Below are positions 37,402 to 47,032 of a DNA stretch of 55,174 nt, piece after piece; the first letter of the stretch is position 1, and the number at the start of each line of letters is the position of its first letter. Source of the stretch: Flavobacteriales bacterium (GTDB lineage: Bacteria; Bacteroidota; Bacteroidia; Flavobacteriales; BACL11); NCBI GenBank assembly GCA_018652335.1, contig JABICI010000141.1, positions 1 through 55,174 on the forward strand. The letters are read 5' to 3'. Both the position numbers and the translations under genes were made by a program. The notes under the pieces are model-generated. The model was not told the DNA's origin. It worked only from the letters and a program-made list of their open reading frames with translations, and made no database searches.

Positions 37402-37722
37402 ATGAAACAAATTTTAAAATTTGAAGTTGAACTTGATGAAAATCATCTTCCATTAAATATAAAGATGTTAGCCAGTTCAGGGGCTGCTAAAGAAGATCAT
37501 ATTAAATCATTAATGATTTCTGCATGGGAATTTAAAGCTAAGGAAACATTACGAATTGATTTATGGACTAAAGATATGCCAATTAATGATATGTTTATTA
37601 TGTATCATCAGACTTTAATGGGAATGGCTAGTTCTTTAGAGAAGGCTACGGGAGAAGATAAGTTAGCAGGTGCATTAAGAGATTATTGTGGTTTTTTTGC
37701 TGAACAAACAAAAATATTGTAA
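37402..37722 (+). CDS. gldC: Gliding motility protein GldC
   Basis: 106-aa soluble ORF 1 nt after gldB. It has the ...LRIDLWTKDMPINDMFIMYHQTL... core that I recognise as GldC-like. Confidence 0.75.
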   Translation: MKQILKFEVELDENHLPLNIKMLASSGAAKEDHIKSLMISAWEFKAKETLRIDLWTKDMPINDMFIMYHQTLMGMASSLEKATGEDKLAGALRDYCGFFAEQTKIL

Positions 37723-37724
37723 GA

Positions 37725-38330
37725 TTATTTTGCTGAGAAGTTAGAATTAAGAGACATAATATAATCTAATATTTCTTGTAGACCTTTTTTTTTCTCTGCA
37801 GAAGATACAAATATTTTTGGTAAATATTCCCAATTTTTAATCATTTCTGATTTATATGTTTCAATATTATTTTCTAGTGCTCTTTTACCAAGTTTATCCG
37901 ACTTTGTAAATACCATTACAAATGGTATTTGGCATTCAGCTAGCCATTGTAAGAAGTCTTGATCAATTGATTGTGGTTTGTGTCTGCTGTCAATTAGTAC
38001 AAAAAGACAATTTAGGTTGGATCTATTTCTAAGGTAATTACTTATCATCTCATGAAAAATTGCTCTTCTTGCTTTTGATGTTTTTGCAAATCCATATCCT
38101 GGAAGGTCTACTAAATACCATTCTTTATTAATCAGAAAATGATTTATTAATTGTGTCTTGCCGGGCTTTCCCGATGTTTTGGCAAGAGATTTTTTATTTG
38201 CTAGTGCATTAATTAGCGATGATTTGCCTACATTAGATCTTCCAATAAAAGCATATTCTAGTTTATCTACTTTAGGACAATTTTTATAGTCAGTATTACT
38301 AACTATAAATTCTGCGGTCTTAATTACCAT
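37725..38330 (-). CDS. yihA: Ribosome biogenesis GTP-binding protein YihA/YsxC (EngB)
   Basis: 201 aa with G1 GRSNVGKSSLIN, DLPGYG and TKSDK (G4). Confidence 0.9.
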   Translation of the reverse strand: MVIKTAEFIVSNTDYKNCPKVDKLEYAFIGRSNVGKSSLINALANKKSLAKTSGKPGKTQLINHFLINKEWYLVDLPGYGFAKTSKARRAIFHEMISNYLRNRSNLNCLFVLIDSRHKPQSIDQDFLQWLAECQIPFVMVFTKSDKLGKRALENNIETYKSEMIKNWEYLPKIFVSSAEKKKGLQEILDYIMSLNSNFSAK

Positions 38331-38336
38331 TTTAAA

Positions 38337-39095
38337 CTAATCAAAAGTTTTTTTAAGAAATTGAAGTACAATTTCACTAAATCTTTTTGGATGTTCCCAC
38401 ATAGCTGCATGTCCACAAAGAGGAATCCAATTTAATTCTGAATTCGGTAATAACTTATGAAATTCTTCTGCAACATGAGGGGGTGTGACCTTATCTTCAG
38501 CTCCCCATATTAGACACGTTGGTTTTGATATATTAGGAATATCTTTCCCCATATTGTGTCTGATTGCTGATTTTGCATACCCAAGTAATTTTAGTATTGA
38601 TATTCTATTATTAGCTATCTCAAATACTCTGTCTACTAATTCATCTGTAGCAACGTTAGGGTCATAAAAAACTTCTTCTGTTTTAAATCTTATATAATCT
38701 TTGTCACCTCTTCTAGGAAATGTATTTCCCATTGATTCTTCAAAAAGACCTGAGCTTCCTGTTAGGATAAGAGAATCAACTTTATTTGGATATTCTTTTG
38801 CAAAGATTAATCCAATATGACCACCCATAGAGTTCCCAATTAAGGTTGCGCTTTTAAGTCCAAGATGATTCATGAATTCGTTTAAGTAATCGCTTAATGA
38901 TTTGACTGAAACCTTAAGAAGTGTTCTTCCTTCAAATAGTTTTAGGTCTAGACCATATACTTTATACTCTGTTGAGATAAAATCAACCATTTCTCCAAAG
39001 TTCTCAACTCCACCCATTAGTCCATGTAGTAGAATAATTGGTCTACCTTGATTACCTTCTTCAAGCCATTTAAACTTTCCTTCCTTTTTAACCAT
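38337..39095 (-). CDS. Alpha/beta-fold hydrolase
   Basis: LLHG oxyanion region, GNSMGG nucleophile elbow and a C-terminal CGH catalytic His. The ORF-track start 39119 is a TTG. I prefer ATG 39095 (MVKKEGKFKW...) because a near-consensus box (TTACTTTG on the minus strand, 39124..39117) covers the TTG. Confidence 0.8.
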   Translation of the reverse strand: MVKKEGKFKWLEEGNQGRPIILLHGLMGGVENFGEMVDFISTEYKVYGLDLKLFEGRTLLKVSVKSLSDYLNEFMNHLGLKSATLIGNSMGGHIGLIFAKEYPNKVDSLILTGSSGLFEESMGNTFPRRGDKDYIRFKTEEVFYDPNVATDELVDRVFEIANNRISILKLLGYAKSAIRHNMGKDIPNISKPTCLIWGAEDKVTPPHVAEEFHKLLPNSELNWIPLCGHAAMWEHPKRFSEIVLQFLKKTFD

Positions 39096-39234
39096 ATCTC
39101 CTAAACGATTTAAATACAAAGTAACGAAAATATTTATTATCTAAATAAAATCTAAAATTTAGATCACTTTTAATTTGAATCTCAAATCCCAAAAATCATA
39201 ATTGAATTACTTCTTAGTGGGTAAAGTTATTAAC

Positions 39235-39261
39235 AAAGTGGATGATTGTGGTAGAAAGTGG
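39235..39261 (+). promoter_or_regulatory. Candidate MraZ operator: three direct GTGG repeats phased exactly 10 bp apart (AAAGTGG / ATTGTGG / AAAGTGG), plus a fourth GTGGG at 39217
   Basis: GTGG occurs at 39238, 39248 and 39258, ending 1 nt before the mraZ -7 box. MraZ proteins are known to bind phased GTG(G/T)-type direct repeats in their own dcw promoter. Confidence 0.55.
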
Positions 39262-39269
39262 TAAATTTG
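39262..39269 (+). promoter_or_regulatory. -7 promoter box (TAAATTTG) of the dcw cluster promoter
   Basis: Exact TAnnTTTG match about 30-35 nt upstream of the mraZ start. Confidence 0.45.
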
Positions 39270-39304
39270 ATTATATTAGCAGAGCAATTTAAAAGACTTT
39301 GCGA

Positions 39305-39781
39305 GTGATAGATATTATAGGAACATATGAATGTAAGGCTGACATTAAAGGTCGTGTAATGTTTCCTGTTGCTCTTAAAAAGCAGTTGCAGAAAGTTTTT
39401 TGTGATGGGTTTGTAATTAAAAGATCTGTTTTTAATAAATGCTTAGAAATTCATCCCATGCAAGAGTGGAATCTTGTTGTTGAACAGGTTAATAGATTAA
39501 ATCGTTTTGTAAAAAAGAATAATGATTTTATTAGATCTTACATGGCTGGCCTTAAGGTGGTGGATATTGATGGATCTGGACGCTTTCTTATACCAAAGGA
39601 TTTAATCTTATTTGCAAATCTAAATAAGCAAATTGTTCTTTCATCATCAGTTAATATGATAGAAATATGGGATAAAGAGCTATATGAAGCTTCAGTTTCT
39701 GAAACACTTAAAAACTTTGGGTCTCTTGCAGAGGACGTGATGGGTAATCAACCATTAGATGATAAAAATGGAATATCATAG
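39305..39781 (+). CDS. mraZ: Division/cell wall cluster transcriptional regulator MraZ
   Basis: Two SpoVT/AbrB-like halves with DIKGRVMFP and DGSGRFLIP (the duplicated DxxGR motif). The start is ambiguous. GTG 39305 gives MIDIIGTYECK, the usual N-terminal length. The ORF track uses TTG 39299. Confidence 0.88.
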   Translation: MIDIIGTYECKADIKGRVMFPVALKKQLQKVFCDGFVIKRSVFNKCLEIHPMQEWNLVVEQVNRLNRFVKKNNDFIRSYMAGLKVVDIDGSGRFLIPKDLILFANLNKQIVLSSSVNMIEIWDKELYEASVSETLKNFGSLAEDVMGNQPLDDKNGIS

Positions 39782-40673
39782 TCCAGTGTTACTTGATGAG
39801 TGTATTGAGGGTCTTTCAATAAATCCTGATGGAATATATATAGATGCAACTTTTGGAGGTGGCGGGCACTCTAAATTAATTTTAAGCAAATTAAGGAATG
39901 GCAAGTTATTTGCTTTTGATCAAGATTTGAGTTCTATTGATAACGAATTGAATTCTCCTAAATTTAAGTTGATAAATGCAAACTTCAGATTTATAAAAAA
40001 CTTCTTAAAAATGGAAGGAGTAGAGAAAATAGATGGGATTTTAGCAGATTTAGGAATTTCATCACATCAAATAGACGTTCCTTCTAGGGGATTTTCAACT
40101 AGATTTAATGGTGATTTAGATATGAGAATGAATGTTAACTCATATTTGACAGCTAAAGATGTGGTGAATAATTATTCTGAGGAAAATCTTTCAAACTTAT
40201 TTTTTTCTTATGGAGAACTTAGAAATTCAAAAAAAATATCTAGTGCTATTGCAGATGCAAGAAAATCTTCTGAGATCACAACTACAAGTGAACTAGTTTA
40301 TGTTGTTGAAAATTTAGTGCCAGAAAAATTTAGAAATAAATTCTTGTCAAAAGTTTTTCAGTCAATTAGAATCGAAGTTAATGATGAGATGTCCTCTTTA
40401 GAGGAGATGCTCTTAAGTGCTCAAGAACTTTTAAAAGTTAATGGAAGGCTTGTTGTTCTTTCATATCATTCTCTTGAAGATAGATTAGTAAAAAATTTAA
40501 TAAGAAAAGGGAATTTCTCAAGTGAAGTTCAAAAGGATTTTTTCGGAAATCCAATACGAAATTTAAAAGAAATAAATAAGAAAGTAATAGTAGCTTCAGC
40601 ATCTGAGATAAGAAATAATTCAAGAGCAAGAAGTGCTAAATTAAGAATTGCTAGTAAGATAAATGACAATTAA
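39768..40673 (+). CDS. rsmH: 16S rRNA (cytosine1402-N4)-methyltransferase RsmH
   Basis: MEYHSPVLL start motif, DATFGGGGHS SAM site and SYHSLEDR. An alternative upstream ATG at 39759 adds 3 codons. Confidence 0.9.
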   Translation: MEYHSPVLLDECIEGLSINPDGIYIDATFGGGGHSKLILSKLRNGKLFAFDQDLSSIDNELNSPKFKLINANFRFIKNFLKMEGVEKIDGILADLGISSHQIDVPSRGFSTRFNGDLDMRMNVNSYLTAKDVVNNYSEENLSNLFFSYGELRNSKKISSAIADARKSSEITTTSELVYVVENLVPEKFRNKFLSKVFQSIRIEVNDEMSSLEEMLLSAQELLKVNGRLVVLSYHSLEDRLVKNLIRKGNFSSEVQKDFFGNPIRNLKEINKKVIVASASEIRNNSRARSAKLRIASKINDN

Positions 40674-40986
40674 GCAAAGAAATATAAGCCCATTTAGCTC
40701 TATTCTGAAAGGAGAATTTATAACTAATCAGATCAGCCGAGACTTAATTCCGTTATTAATCTTAATAGTTTTTCTTGCTTTAATAAATATAAAATCTTCT
40801 TTTAATGCTGAGAATTTACTTAAAAAATCTATTAATTTAGAAAGAGAAGTTGCTGATTTAAGACTAACGTATATCACGTCTAAATCTGATTTAATGATAT
40901 TATACAGGAGATCTAATTTTGAGAATGTTGTTAAAGATTTAGGATTGAAGACATCTATTTTGCCACCAGAAATTATTGAAAGATGA
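40663..40986 (+). CDS. FtsL-like cell division protein (Bacteroidota type)
   Basis: 107-aa bitopic ORF (single TM, then a coiled-coil-like LEREVADLRL) at the ftsL position between rsmH and ftsI. Confidence 0.65.
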   Translation: MTIKQRNISPFSSILKGEFITNQISRDLIPLLILIVFLALINIKSSFNAENLLKKSINLEREVADLRLTYITSKSDLMILYRRSNFENVVKDLGLKTSILPPEIIER

Positions 40987-43040
40987 TTTCTAATAAAAAT
41001 AACAATTTTAGAATAATTGGTTTGTATCTATTTATAGTTATTATTTCCTCTTTTATCATAATTCAGATTTTTAAAGTACAGCAGTTTGATCATTTAATTA
41101 ATACTAGTAGTCAGCCTAAATTTTTCAAGGTAAACGCACCTAGAGGAAATATTCTTTCAAACGACGGCTCACTTTTAGCGATATCTATGCCATTATACAA
41201 TCTTTTTCTTGACTTGAGTGTTATTGATGAATTTATTTTTCAAAGAGATGTAAAAGAATTATCAAAGTTATTGTCTAATTTATTTGATAATAGAACTCAT
41301 AAAGAGTATGAAGATTTTTTAAGAACAGCAAGAAAATCAGAAAACAATAGGTATGTAAGACTAAAATTAAAAGTAGATCATAATGAACTTATTGCTTTGA
41401 AGAAGTTTCCAATATTTAAATTAGGCAAGAATAGAGGTGGTTTAATTGTTGAGCGTAGACCAAATCGAGAAAACCCTTTTGGCTTATTAGCTAGTAGAAC
41501 TATTGGAGAGAATAGAGATGTAAATCCAGTAGGTATTGAAAGAGCTTATGATCCTATACTTTCTGGAGAACAAGGTATAACTTTGAAGCGAAAAATTTCT
41601 AAAGGCCTATGGATTCCACAAGATTCTAAGTGGAATAAAATCCCAAAAGCAGGTAGTGACGTAATGACTACTATAAATGTCGATATGCAAGATGTTGCCG
41701 AGAGGTCATTAGAATTAGCGCTAATTAATGAAAATGCTGATTGGGGTTGTGTTGTTCTTATGGAGGTTAAAACTGGTGAGATAAAGGTAATTGCAAATTT
41801 GAAGAAAGATAGTTTAAATCGTGTGAGTGAATATTTTAATTACGCTATGGCTGAACATGTTGCTCCTGGTTCGACATTTAAATTAGCTTCTATTGTTGCA
41901 GGCATTGAAGATGGGAAGTTTGATGTCACTGATTCTGTTGACTTATACAAAGGAAAGTTTCAGTACTATGACAGAGTAATGATTGATTCACCTCATAATT
42001 ACTCTAAAGTTACTGTAGAAAAGGCATTTGTAATCTCTTCAAATGTTGGTATTTCTCAACTTATTCATAAGAACTACAAAGATAATCCGTCTGCTTTTAC
42101 TGATAGGATATATAAAATGGGTTTAAGTACTAAGTTAGACTTAGAGCTTCCGTATCCATCTGCAATAAAGATGCCAGTTCCAAATCAGAGTGGATGGTCA
42201 GGTGTTACATTGCCATGGATGTCTAACGGATATGAAATGGCTATAACTCCATTACATCTTCTTACTTTCTATAACGCAATAGCTAATAATGGTAAAATGA
42301 TGAAGCCAATATTTACAACTAAAATTATAAATGATGGCCAAATTATTTCTGAACAACATCCACAAGTCATTAATCCTGCTATTTGCTCTAGAACAACTAT
42401 TACAAAGGTAATTCCTTTATTGACAGGTGTAGTTGAGCGTGGTACTGCAAAAAATATTAAATCAAATAAATATCAGATTGCTGGAAAAACTGGTACAACT
42501 GTTTTGAATTATGCAGGCAGAAAAAAAGATGAGAAGAAAAAGTATCAAGCCTCTTTTATTGGTTTCTTTCCTGCATACAATCCTAAATATTCTTGTATTG
42601 TTGTTGTTAATAACCCTAGAAAAGAGAATGTTTATGGAGGTAAAGTAGCTGCCCCTATTTTCAAAGAGTTAGCGGATAAAGTGTATTCTCTTAATATTGA
42701 TATACATGAGCCATTAACTGCTGAAAATGTAATTCAATCTACACCTAATGTAAAAACTGGAGATTTTGATTCACAAGAATTTATTTTAAATCACTTAGAG
42801 GTTAAAAATCTAAAAATAGCATCTGAAAAAGAAAGTTTAATCGAAGATAGAATACACTATGATTTAGAGAGACTTATTATGCCTAGCTTAATTGGAATGA
42901 ATTTAAAAGATGCTTTGTATCTATTTGAAAAACATGGATTAGAAGTTTTGATATCAGGATCTGGGGGCGTTGTATCTCAATCTATTAAAAAAGGAGATCC
43001 TATCACAAAGCAAACAGTAATTAAATTAGAATTTTCATAA
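40983..43040 (+). CDS. ftsI: Penicillin-binding protein 3 (divisome class B transpeptidase FtsI) with a C-terminal PASTA-like domain
   Basis: 685 aa with a TM anchor and the motifs STFK, SSN and KTGTT. The C-terminal ~54 aa (MPSLIGMNLKDALYLFEKHGLEV...) fit the PASTA pattern. It sits at the expected dcw position. Confidence 0.9.
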   Translation: MISNKNNNFRIIGLYLFIVIISSFIIIQIFKVQQFDHLINTSSQPKFFKVNAPRGNILSNDGSLLAISMPLYNLFLDLSVIDEFIFQRDVKELSKLLSNLFDNRTHKEYEDFLRTARKSENNRYVRLKLKVDHNELIALKKFPIFKLGKNRGGLIVERRPNRENPFGLLASRTIGENRDVNPVGIERAYDPILSGEQGITLKRKISKGLWIPQDSKWNKIPKAGSDVMTTINVDMQDVAERSLELALINENADWGCVVLMEVKTGEIKVIANLKKDSLNRVSEYFNYAMAEHVAPGSTFKLASIVAGIEDGKFDVTDSVDLYKGKFQYYDRVMIDSPHNYSKVTVEKAFVISSNVGISQLIHKNYKDNPSAFTDRIYKMGLSTKLDLELPYPSAIKMPVPNQSGWSGVTLPWMSNGYEMAITPLHLLTFYNAIANNGKMMKPIFTTKIINDGQIISEQHPQVINPAICSRTTITKVIPLLTGVVERGTAKNIKSNKYQIAGKTGTTVLNYAGRKKDEKKKYQASFIGFFPAYNPKYSCIVVVNNPRKENVYGGKVAAPIFKELADKVYSLNIDIHEPLTAENVIQSTPNVKTGDFDSQEFILNHLEVKNLKIASEKESLIEDRIHYDLERLIMPSLIGMNLKDALYLFEKHGLEVLISGSGGVVSQSIKKGDPITKQTVIKLEFS

Positions 43041-44494
43041 TGAAATTACAACATATTCTTTTAAAAGTTAATGTAGTTAAGATTTTAGGTGATAAAAACA
43101 AGGAAATTACAAATATCAATTTTAATTCAAAAAAAATTACTAAAAATGGTCTCTTTGTTGCAATAAGAGGTTTAGTTGCTGATGGTCATGACTATATTGA
43201 TAATTCAATTAAATCTGGTGCAAGTGTAATTTTTGTTGAAATTTTACCAAAAAAAATACACAAGGATATAACTTATATATGCGTGAAAAACACGCATAGA
43301 TCATTAAGTCAACTTGCTTCTATTTTTTATAATTACCCTTCAAAAAGTATTAGATTAATTGGAGTAACTGGTACAAATGGAAAAACTACAATTGTTAGTC
43401 TTTTACATCAGCTTTTCTCCCTTCTTAATAGAAAATCTGGTATGATATCTACAATTGAAAATAAGATAATAGATAAGGTAATTCCATCAACGCATACAAC
43501 GCCTGACCCATTGCAGATTAATTCTCTTCTATCTAAAATGGTTGATGCAGAATGTGAGTACTGCTTTATGGAGGTTAGTTCACATGCTTTGCATCAAGAA
43601 AGGGTTGCAGATTTGAGTTTTGATGGGGGAGTCTTCACAAATATCACAAACGATCATTTAGATTATCACACAACCTTTTCTGAATATCGAGATGTAAAGA
43701 AATCTTTTTTTGACTCTTTAAGTGCTGAGACTTTTGCTTTAGTTAATAAGGATGATAAAAATTCTACAAAAATGCTTGAAACTACAAAAGCAAAAAAAAT
43801 AACATATGCTTTAAAATCTATGGCAGACTTTAATTGTAAAGTAATTGAAGGACACTTTGATGGAATGTCACTAATGATTAACAATTTTAGTGTATGGGTA
43901 AAATTAATTGGTGATTTTAATGCGTATAATCTTTTATCTGTTTATGCAGTAGCGAAGTTATATAGATTCGCAGATTCTGATATTTTAACAGCTTTAAGTA
44001 TGTTAGATTCAGCAGAAGGAAGACTACAGTTTTTAAAAAATCAAAATTCAATAATTGGAATTGTTGATTATGCACATACAGAAGATGCTTTGAAAAACGC
44101 ATTAATAACTATAAAAAATTTAAAGACAAATTCGCAGAAATTAGTTACAATAATTGGTTGCGGTGGTAACAGAGATAAAAGTAAACGTCCATTCATGACA
44201 AAGGTTGCCTGTGAATATAGTTCTGTTGTTATTTTAACATCTGATAACCCGAGATTTGAAGATCCTGATCTTATAATTTCTGATATGCTGTCAGATTTAA
44301 ATGCAAATCAAAAAGAAAAGGTTTTGTCTATTAATAATAGAAAACAAGCTATAATGACAGCAGGTAAGCTAGTAACTAAAGATGATATTATTTTTCTTGC
44401 TGGAAAGGGTCATGAAAAATATCAAGAAATTAAAGGAAAAAAGTTACCATTTGATGATGTAATTGAGTTAAAAAAATCACTTAATATAATTTAA
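43040..44494 (+). CDS. murE: UDP-N-acetylmuramoyl-L-alanyl-D-glutamate--2,6-diaminopimelate ligase
   Basis: 484 aa with [10 protein letters not shown] and DNPR ([10 protein letters not shown]) at the expected dcw position. Confidence 0.9.
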   Translation: MKLQHILLKVNVVKILGDKNKEITNINFNSKKITKNGLFVAIRGLVADGHDYIDNSIKSGASVIFVEILPKKIHKDITYICVKNTHRSLSQLASIFYNYPSKSIRLIGVTGTNGKTTIVSLLHQLFSLLNRKSGMISTIENKIIDKVIPSTHTTPDPLQINSLLSKMVDAECEYCFMEVSSHALHQERVADLSFDGGVFTNITNDHLDYHTTFSEYRDVKKSFFDSLSAETFALVNKDDKNSTKMLETTKAKKITYALKSMADFNCKVIEGHFDGMSLMINNFSVWVKLIGDFNAYNLLSVYAVAKLYRFADSDILTALSMLDSAEGRLQFLKNQNSIIGIVDYAHTEDALKNALITIKNLKTNSQKLVTIIGCGGNRDKSKRPFMTKVACEYSSVVILTSDNPRFEDPDLIISDMLSDLNANQKEKVLSINNRKQAIMTAGKLVTKDDIIFLAGKGHEKYQEIKGKKLPFDDVIELKKSLNII

Positions 44495-44498
44495 TTTT

Positions 44499-45713
44499 AT
44501 GCTATACTACATATTTGAATTTCTACAAAATAATTATGATTTACCTGGAGCTAGTGTTTTTCAATATATTTCTTTTCGTGCAGCTCTGGCTGTTATAACT
44601 TCATTAGTGGTTTCTCTGGTTTTCGGTGGTCATATTATTAGATTTATTGAGAGTAAACAAATTGGAGAAGAAGTTAGGGATTTAGGCTTAAAAGGTGAAG
44701 ATGTCAAGAGGGGAACTCCAACTATGGGTGGGCTTATAATTATATCTGCAATACTAATACCAACGCTGTTATTCACAAAATTAGATAATATCTATATTCA
44801 GATCATGATTGTGTCAACCCTATGGTTGGGGATAATTGGTTTTATTGATGATTATATTAAAGTCTTTAAAAAAAATAAAGAAGGATTAGCCGGAAAATTT
44901 AAGATATTTGGACAAGTAGGTATCGGTATAATTGTTGGTCTAGTAATGGTTTTTCACTCAGATATTGTTATTAAAGAAGATAATTCAGTTATATTTAATG
45001 ATATTAATTTAGATTCAAATATTACTCCCACTAAATCTTCAAAAACAACCATACCCTTCTTTAAAAATAATGAGTTCGATTATCACAGATTAACTTCATG
45101 GATGGGTGAAGATGCTAAAAAATATGCATGGGTTTTATTTATTTTCGTTGTAGTACTAATTATCACTTCTGTTAGTAATGGTGCAAATTTAACTGATGGA
45201 TTAGACGGATTAGCAGCTGGATCTTCTGCAATCATCGGTGTAACTTTAGCATTATTCGCCTATGTTTCTGGAAATATTATAGCTGCAAACTATCTCAATA
45301 TTATGTATATACCTAATTCTGGAGAATTAGTGATTTACATGTCAGCATTTGTTGGAGCATGTATTGGTTTTTTATGGTATAATTCATTCCCGGCGCAAGT
45401 ATTTATGGGAGATACTGGTTCATTAGCATTAGGTGGAATCATTGCTGTATTAGCAATATTAATAAGAAAAGAATTAATGATTCCTCTCCTTTGTGGCGTC
45501 TTTTTGATAGAAAATCTATCAGTAATTATACAGGTGACTTATTATAAATACACAAGGAAAAAATTTGGTAGTCCAAAAAGAATCTTTTTAATGGCGCCAC
45601 TGCATCATCACTTTCAAAAATTAGGTATGCATGAGAGTAAAATTGTAACTAGATTTTGGATAGTTGGGATTATACTCGCTGTTATGACTATAGTAACTCT
45701 AAAATTAAGATAA
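44499..45713 (+). CDS. mraY: Phospho-N-acetylmuramoyl-pentapeptide transferase
   Basis: 404-aa polytopic ORF with [23 protein letters not shown] and APLHHHF. Confidence 0.93.
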   Translation: MLYYIFEFLQNNYDLPGASVFQYISFRAALAVITSLVVSLVFGGHIIRFIESKQIGEEVRDLGLKGEDVKRGTPTMGGLIIISAILIPTLLFTKLDNIYIQIMIVSTLWLGIIGFIDDYIKVFKKNKEGLAGKFKIFGQVGIGIIVGLVMVFHSDIVIKEDNSVIFNDINLDSNITPTKSSKTTIPFFKNNEFDYHRLTSWMGEDAKKYAWVLFIFVVVLIITSVSNGANLTDGLDGLAAGSSAIIGVTLALFAYVSGNIIAANYLNIMYIPNSGELVIYMSAFVGACIGFLWYNSFPAQVFMGDTGSLALGGIIAVLAILIRKELMIPLLCGVFLIENLSVIIQVTYYKYTRKKFGSPKRIFLMAPLHHHFQKLGMHESKIVTRFWIVGIILAVMTIVTLKLR

Positions 45714-47032
45714 TGAGTAAATCTGTTGCAGTCATAGGTGCAGGTATAAGTGGTTATGGAGCTGCTATTCTAGCAAATAAGAAAGGATATGATGTCTTTG
45801 TTTCTGATAGAAATAAAATATCTAATGATTTTAAGAAAATATTTCTACAAAACAATATAGCTTGGGAGGAAGGAAAACATAGTATTAACAAGCTTTTAAA
45901 AGTTAATGAAGTTATTAAGAGCCCTGGTATTCCTACAAATACTAAAGAGCTTAGAGCAATTAAAGCAAACAATATTCCGATAATTTCTGAAGTAGAATTT
46001 GCATTTAGATATTCTAAAGCAAAAATTGTATCAATTACAGGAAGTAATGGAAAAACAACAACATCCTTATTACTAGGCCATATTCTTAAAAAGGCAGGGT
46101 TAGATGTGTTAATTGCTGGAAATATTGGTGTAAGTTTTGCATTATCAATTTCAGAAAGAGACTATAAATATATTGTATTAGAGTTGAGTAGTTTTCAGCT
46201 TGATGATATAAAATATTTTAGAAGCGATATAGCTATAATATTAAATATAACACCAGATCATCTCAATAGATATAACAATAACTTTAAAGATTACATTTTA
46301 TCAAAAAGAAGAATTACAGAAAATCAAATTTCATCTGATTCATTAGTTTTTAACATTGATGATCCTAATCTAAACTCTTTAAAAACTAAAGCAAAAAAAT
46401 ATCCTTTTTCAATTTTATCTAAGCAGATTGAAGGTGGTTATCTAAGTAACAATAAAATAATTATTAATCAAAATTATATAAATATGACAATTCAAGAACT
46501 AGCATTACAAGGTAAGCATAATATTTACAATTCTATGGCAGCATCTATAGCGGCTAGAGTTTTTGAGGTAAAAGATTCTGTAATTAGAAAATCATTAATG
46601 GATTTTCAAAATATTGAACACAGGTTAGAATATGTATTAACAGTTCATGGAATAGATTTTATAAATGATTCTAAGGCAACAAATGTTAATTCCTGTTGGT
46701 TTGCCTTGGAGAGCATGAAGAAAGATGTTATTTGGATTGTTGGTGGAGTAGACAAGGGAAATGATTACCTCCAGCTCAACGAGATGGTTTTAGATAAAGT
46801 GAAGGCAATAATATGCTTAGGTAAAAGTAATAATAATATTATTGAGGCTTTTAAAGATAAAGTTGATACGATTGTTCAGGCATCTTCAATGAAAGAAGCA
46901 GTTAATCATTCTTATACCTTAGCCAATAAAGGTGAGGTTGTTTTACTTTCACCCGCATGTGCAAGTTTTGATTTATTTGACAACTTTGAACAAAGAGGTT
47001 TTGAATTTAAAAAAGCTGTAAGGTCATTGTAA
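45713..47032 (+). CDS. murD: UDP-N-acetylmuramoylalanine--D-glutamate ligase
   Basis: [16 protein letters not shown] Rossmann start and ITGSNGKTTT. I trimmed the ORF-track start (45656) to ATG 45713, which overlaps the mraY stop (TAATG). Confidence 0.9.
   Translation: MSKSVAVIGAGISGYGAAILANKKGYDVFVSDRNKISNDFKKIFLQNNIAWEEGKHSINKLLKVNEVIKSPGIPTNTKELRAIKANNIPIISEVEFAFRYSKAKIVSITGSNGKTTTSLLLGHILKKAGLDVLIAGNIGVSFALSISERDYKYIVLELSSFQLDDIKYFRSDIAIILNITPDHLNRYNNNFKDYILSKRRITENQISSDSLVFNIDDPNLNSLKTKAKKYPFSILSKQIEGGYLSNNKIIINQNYINMTIQELALQGKHNIYNSMAASIAARVFEVKDSVIRKSLMDFQNIEHRLEYVLTVHGIDFINDSKATNVNSCWFALESMKKDVIWIVGGVDKGNDYLQLNEMVLDKVKAIICLGKSNNNIIEAFKDKVDTIVQASSMKEAVNHSYTLANKGEVVLLSPACASFDLFDNFEQRGFEFKKAVRSL

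Noticed and set aside
39096-39119. TTG-initiated 8-codon extension of the alpha/beta hydrolase
   Set aside because: It uses a non-ATG start, and a promoter-like TTACTTTG box overlaps it. ATG 39095 is available just downstream.
39243-39293. 16-codon ORF (MIVVESGKFDYISRAI) in the mraZ upstream region
   Set aside because: It lies directly over the GTGG operator repeats and the -7 box, so it is promoter DNA and has no coding signature.
45656-45712. 19-codon N-terminal extension of murD in the ORF track, overlapping the mraY 3' end
   Set aside because: The extension ([19 protein letters not shown]) precedes the Rossmann motif by an atypical length. ATG 45713 gives the canonical [11 protein letters not shown] start and a TAATG junction with mraY.
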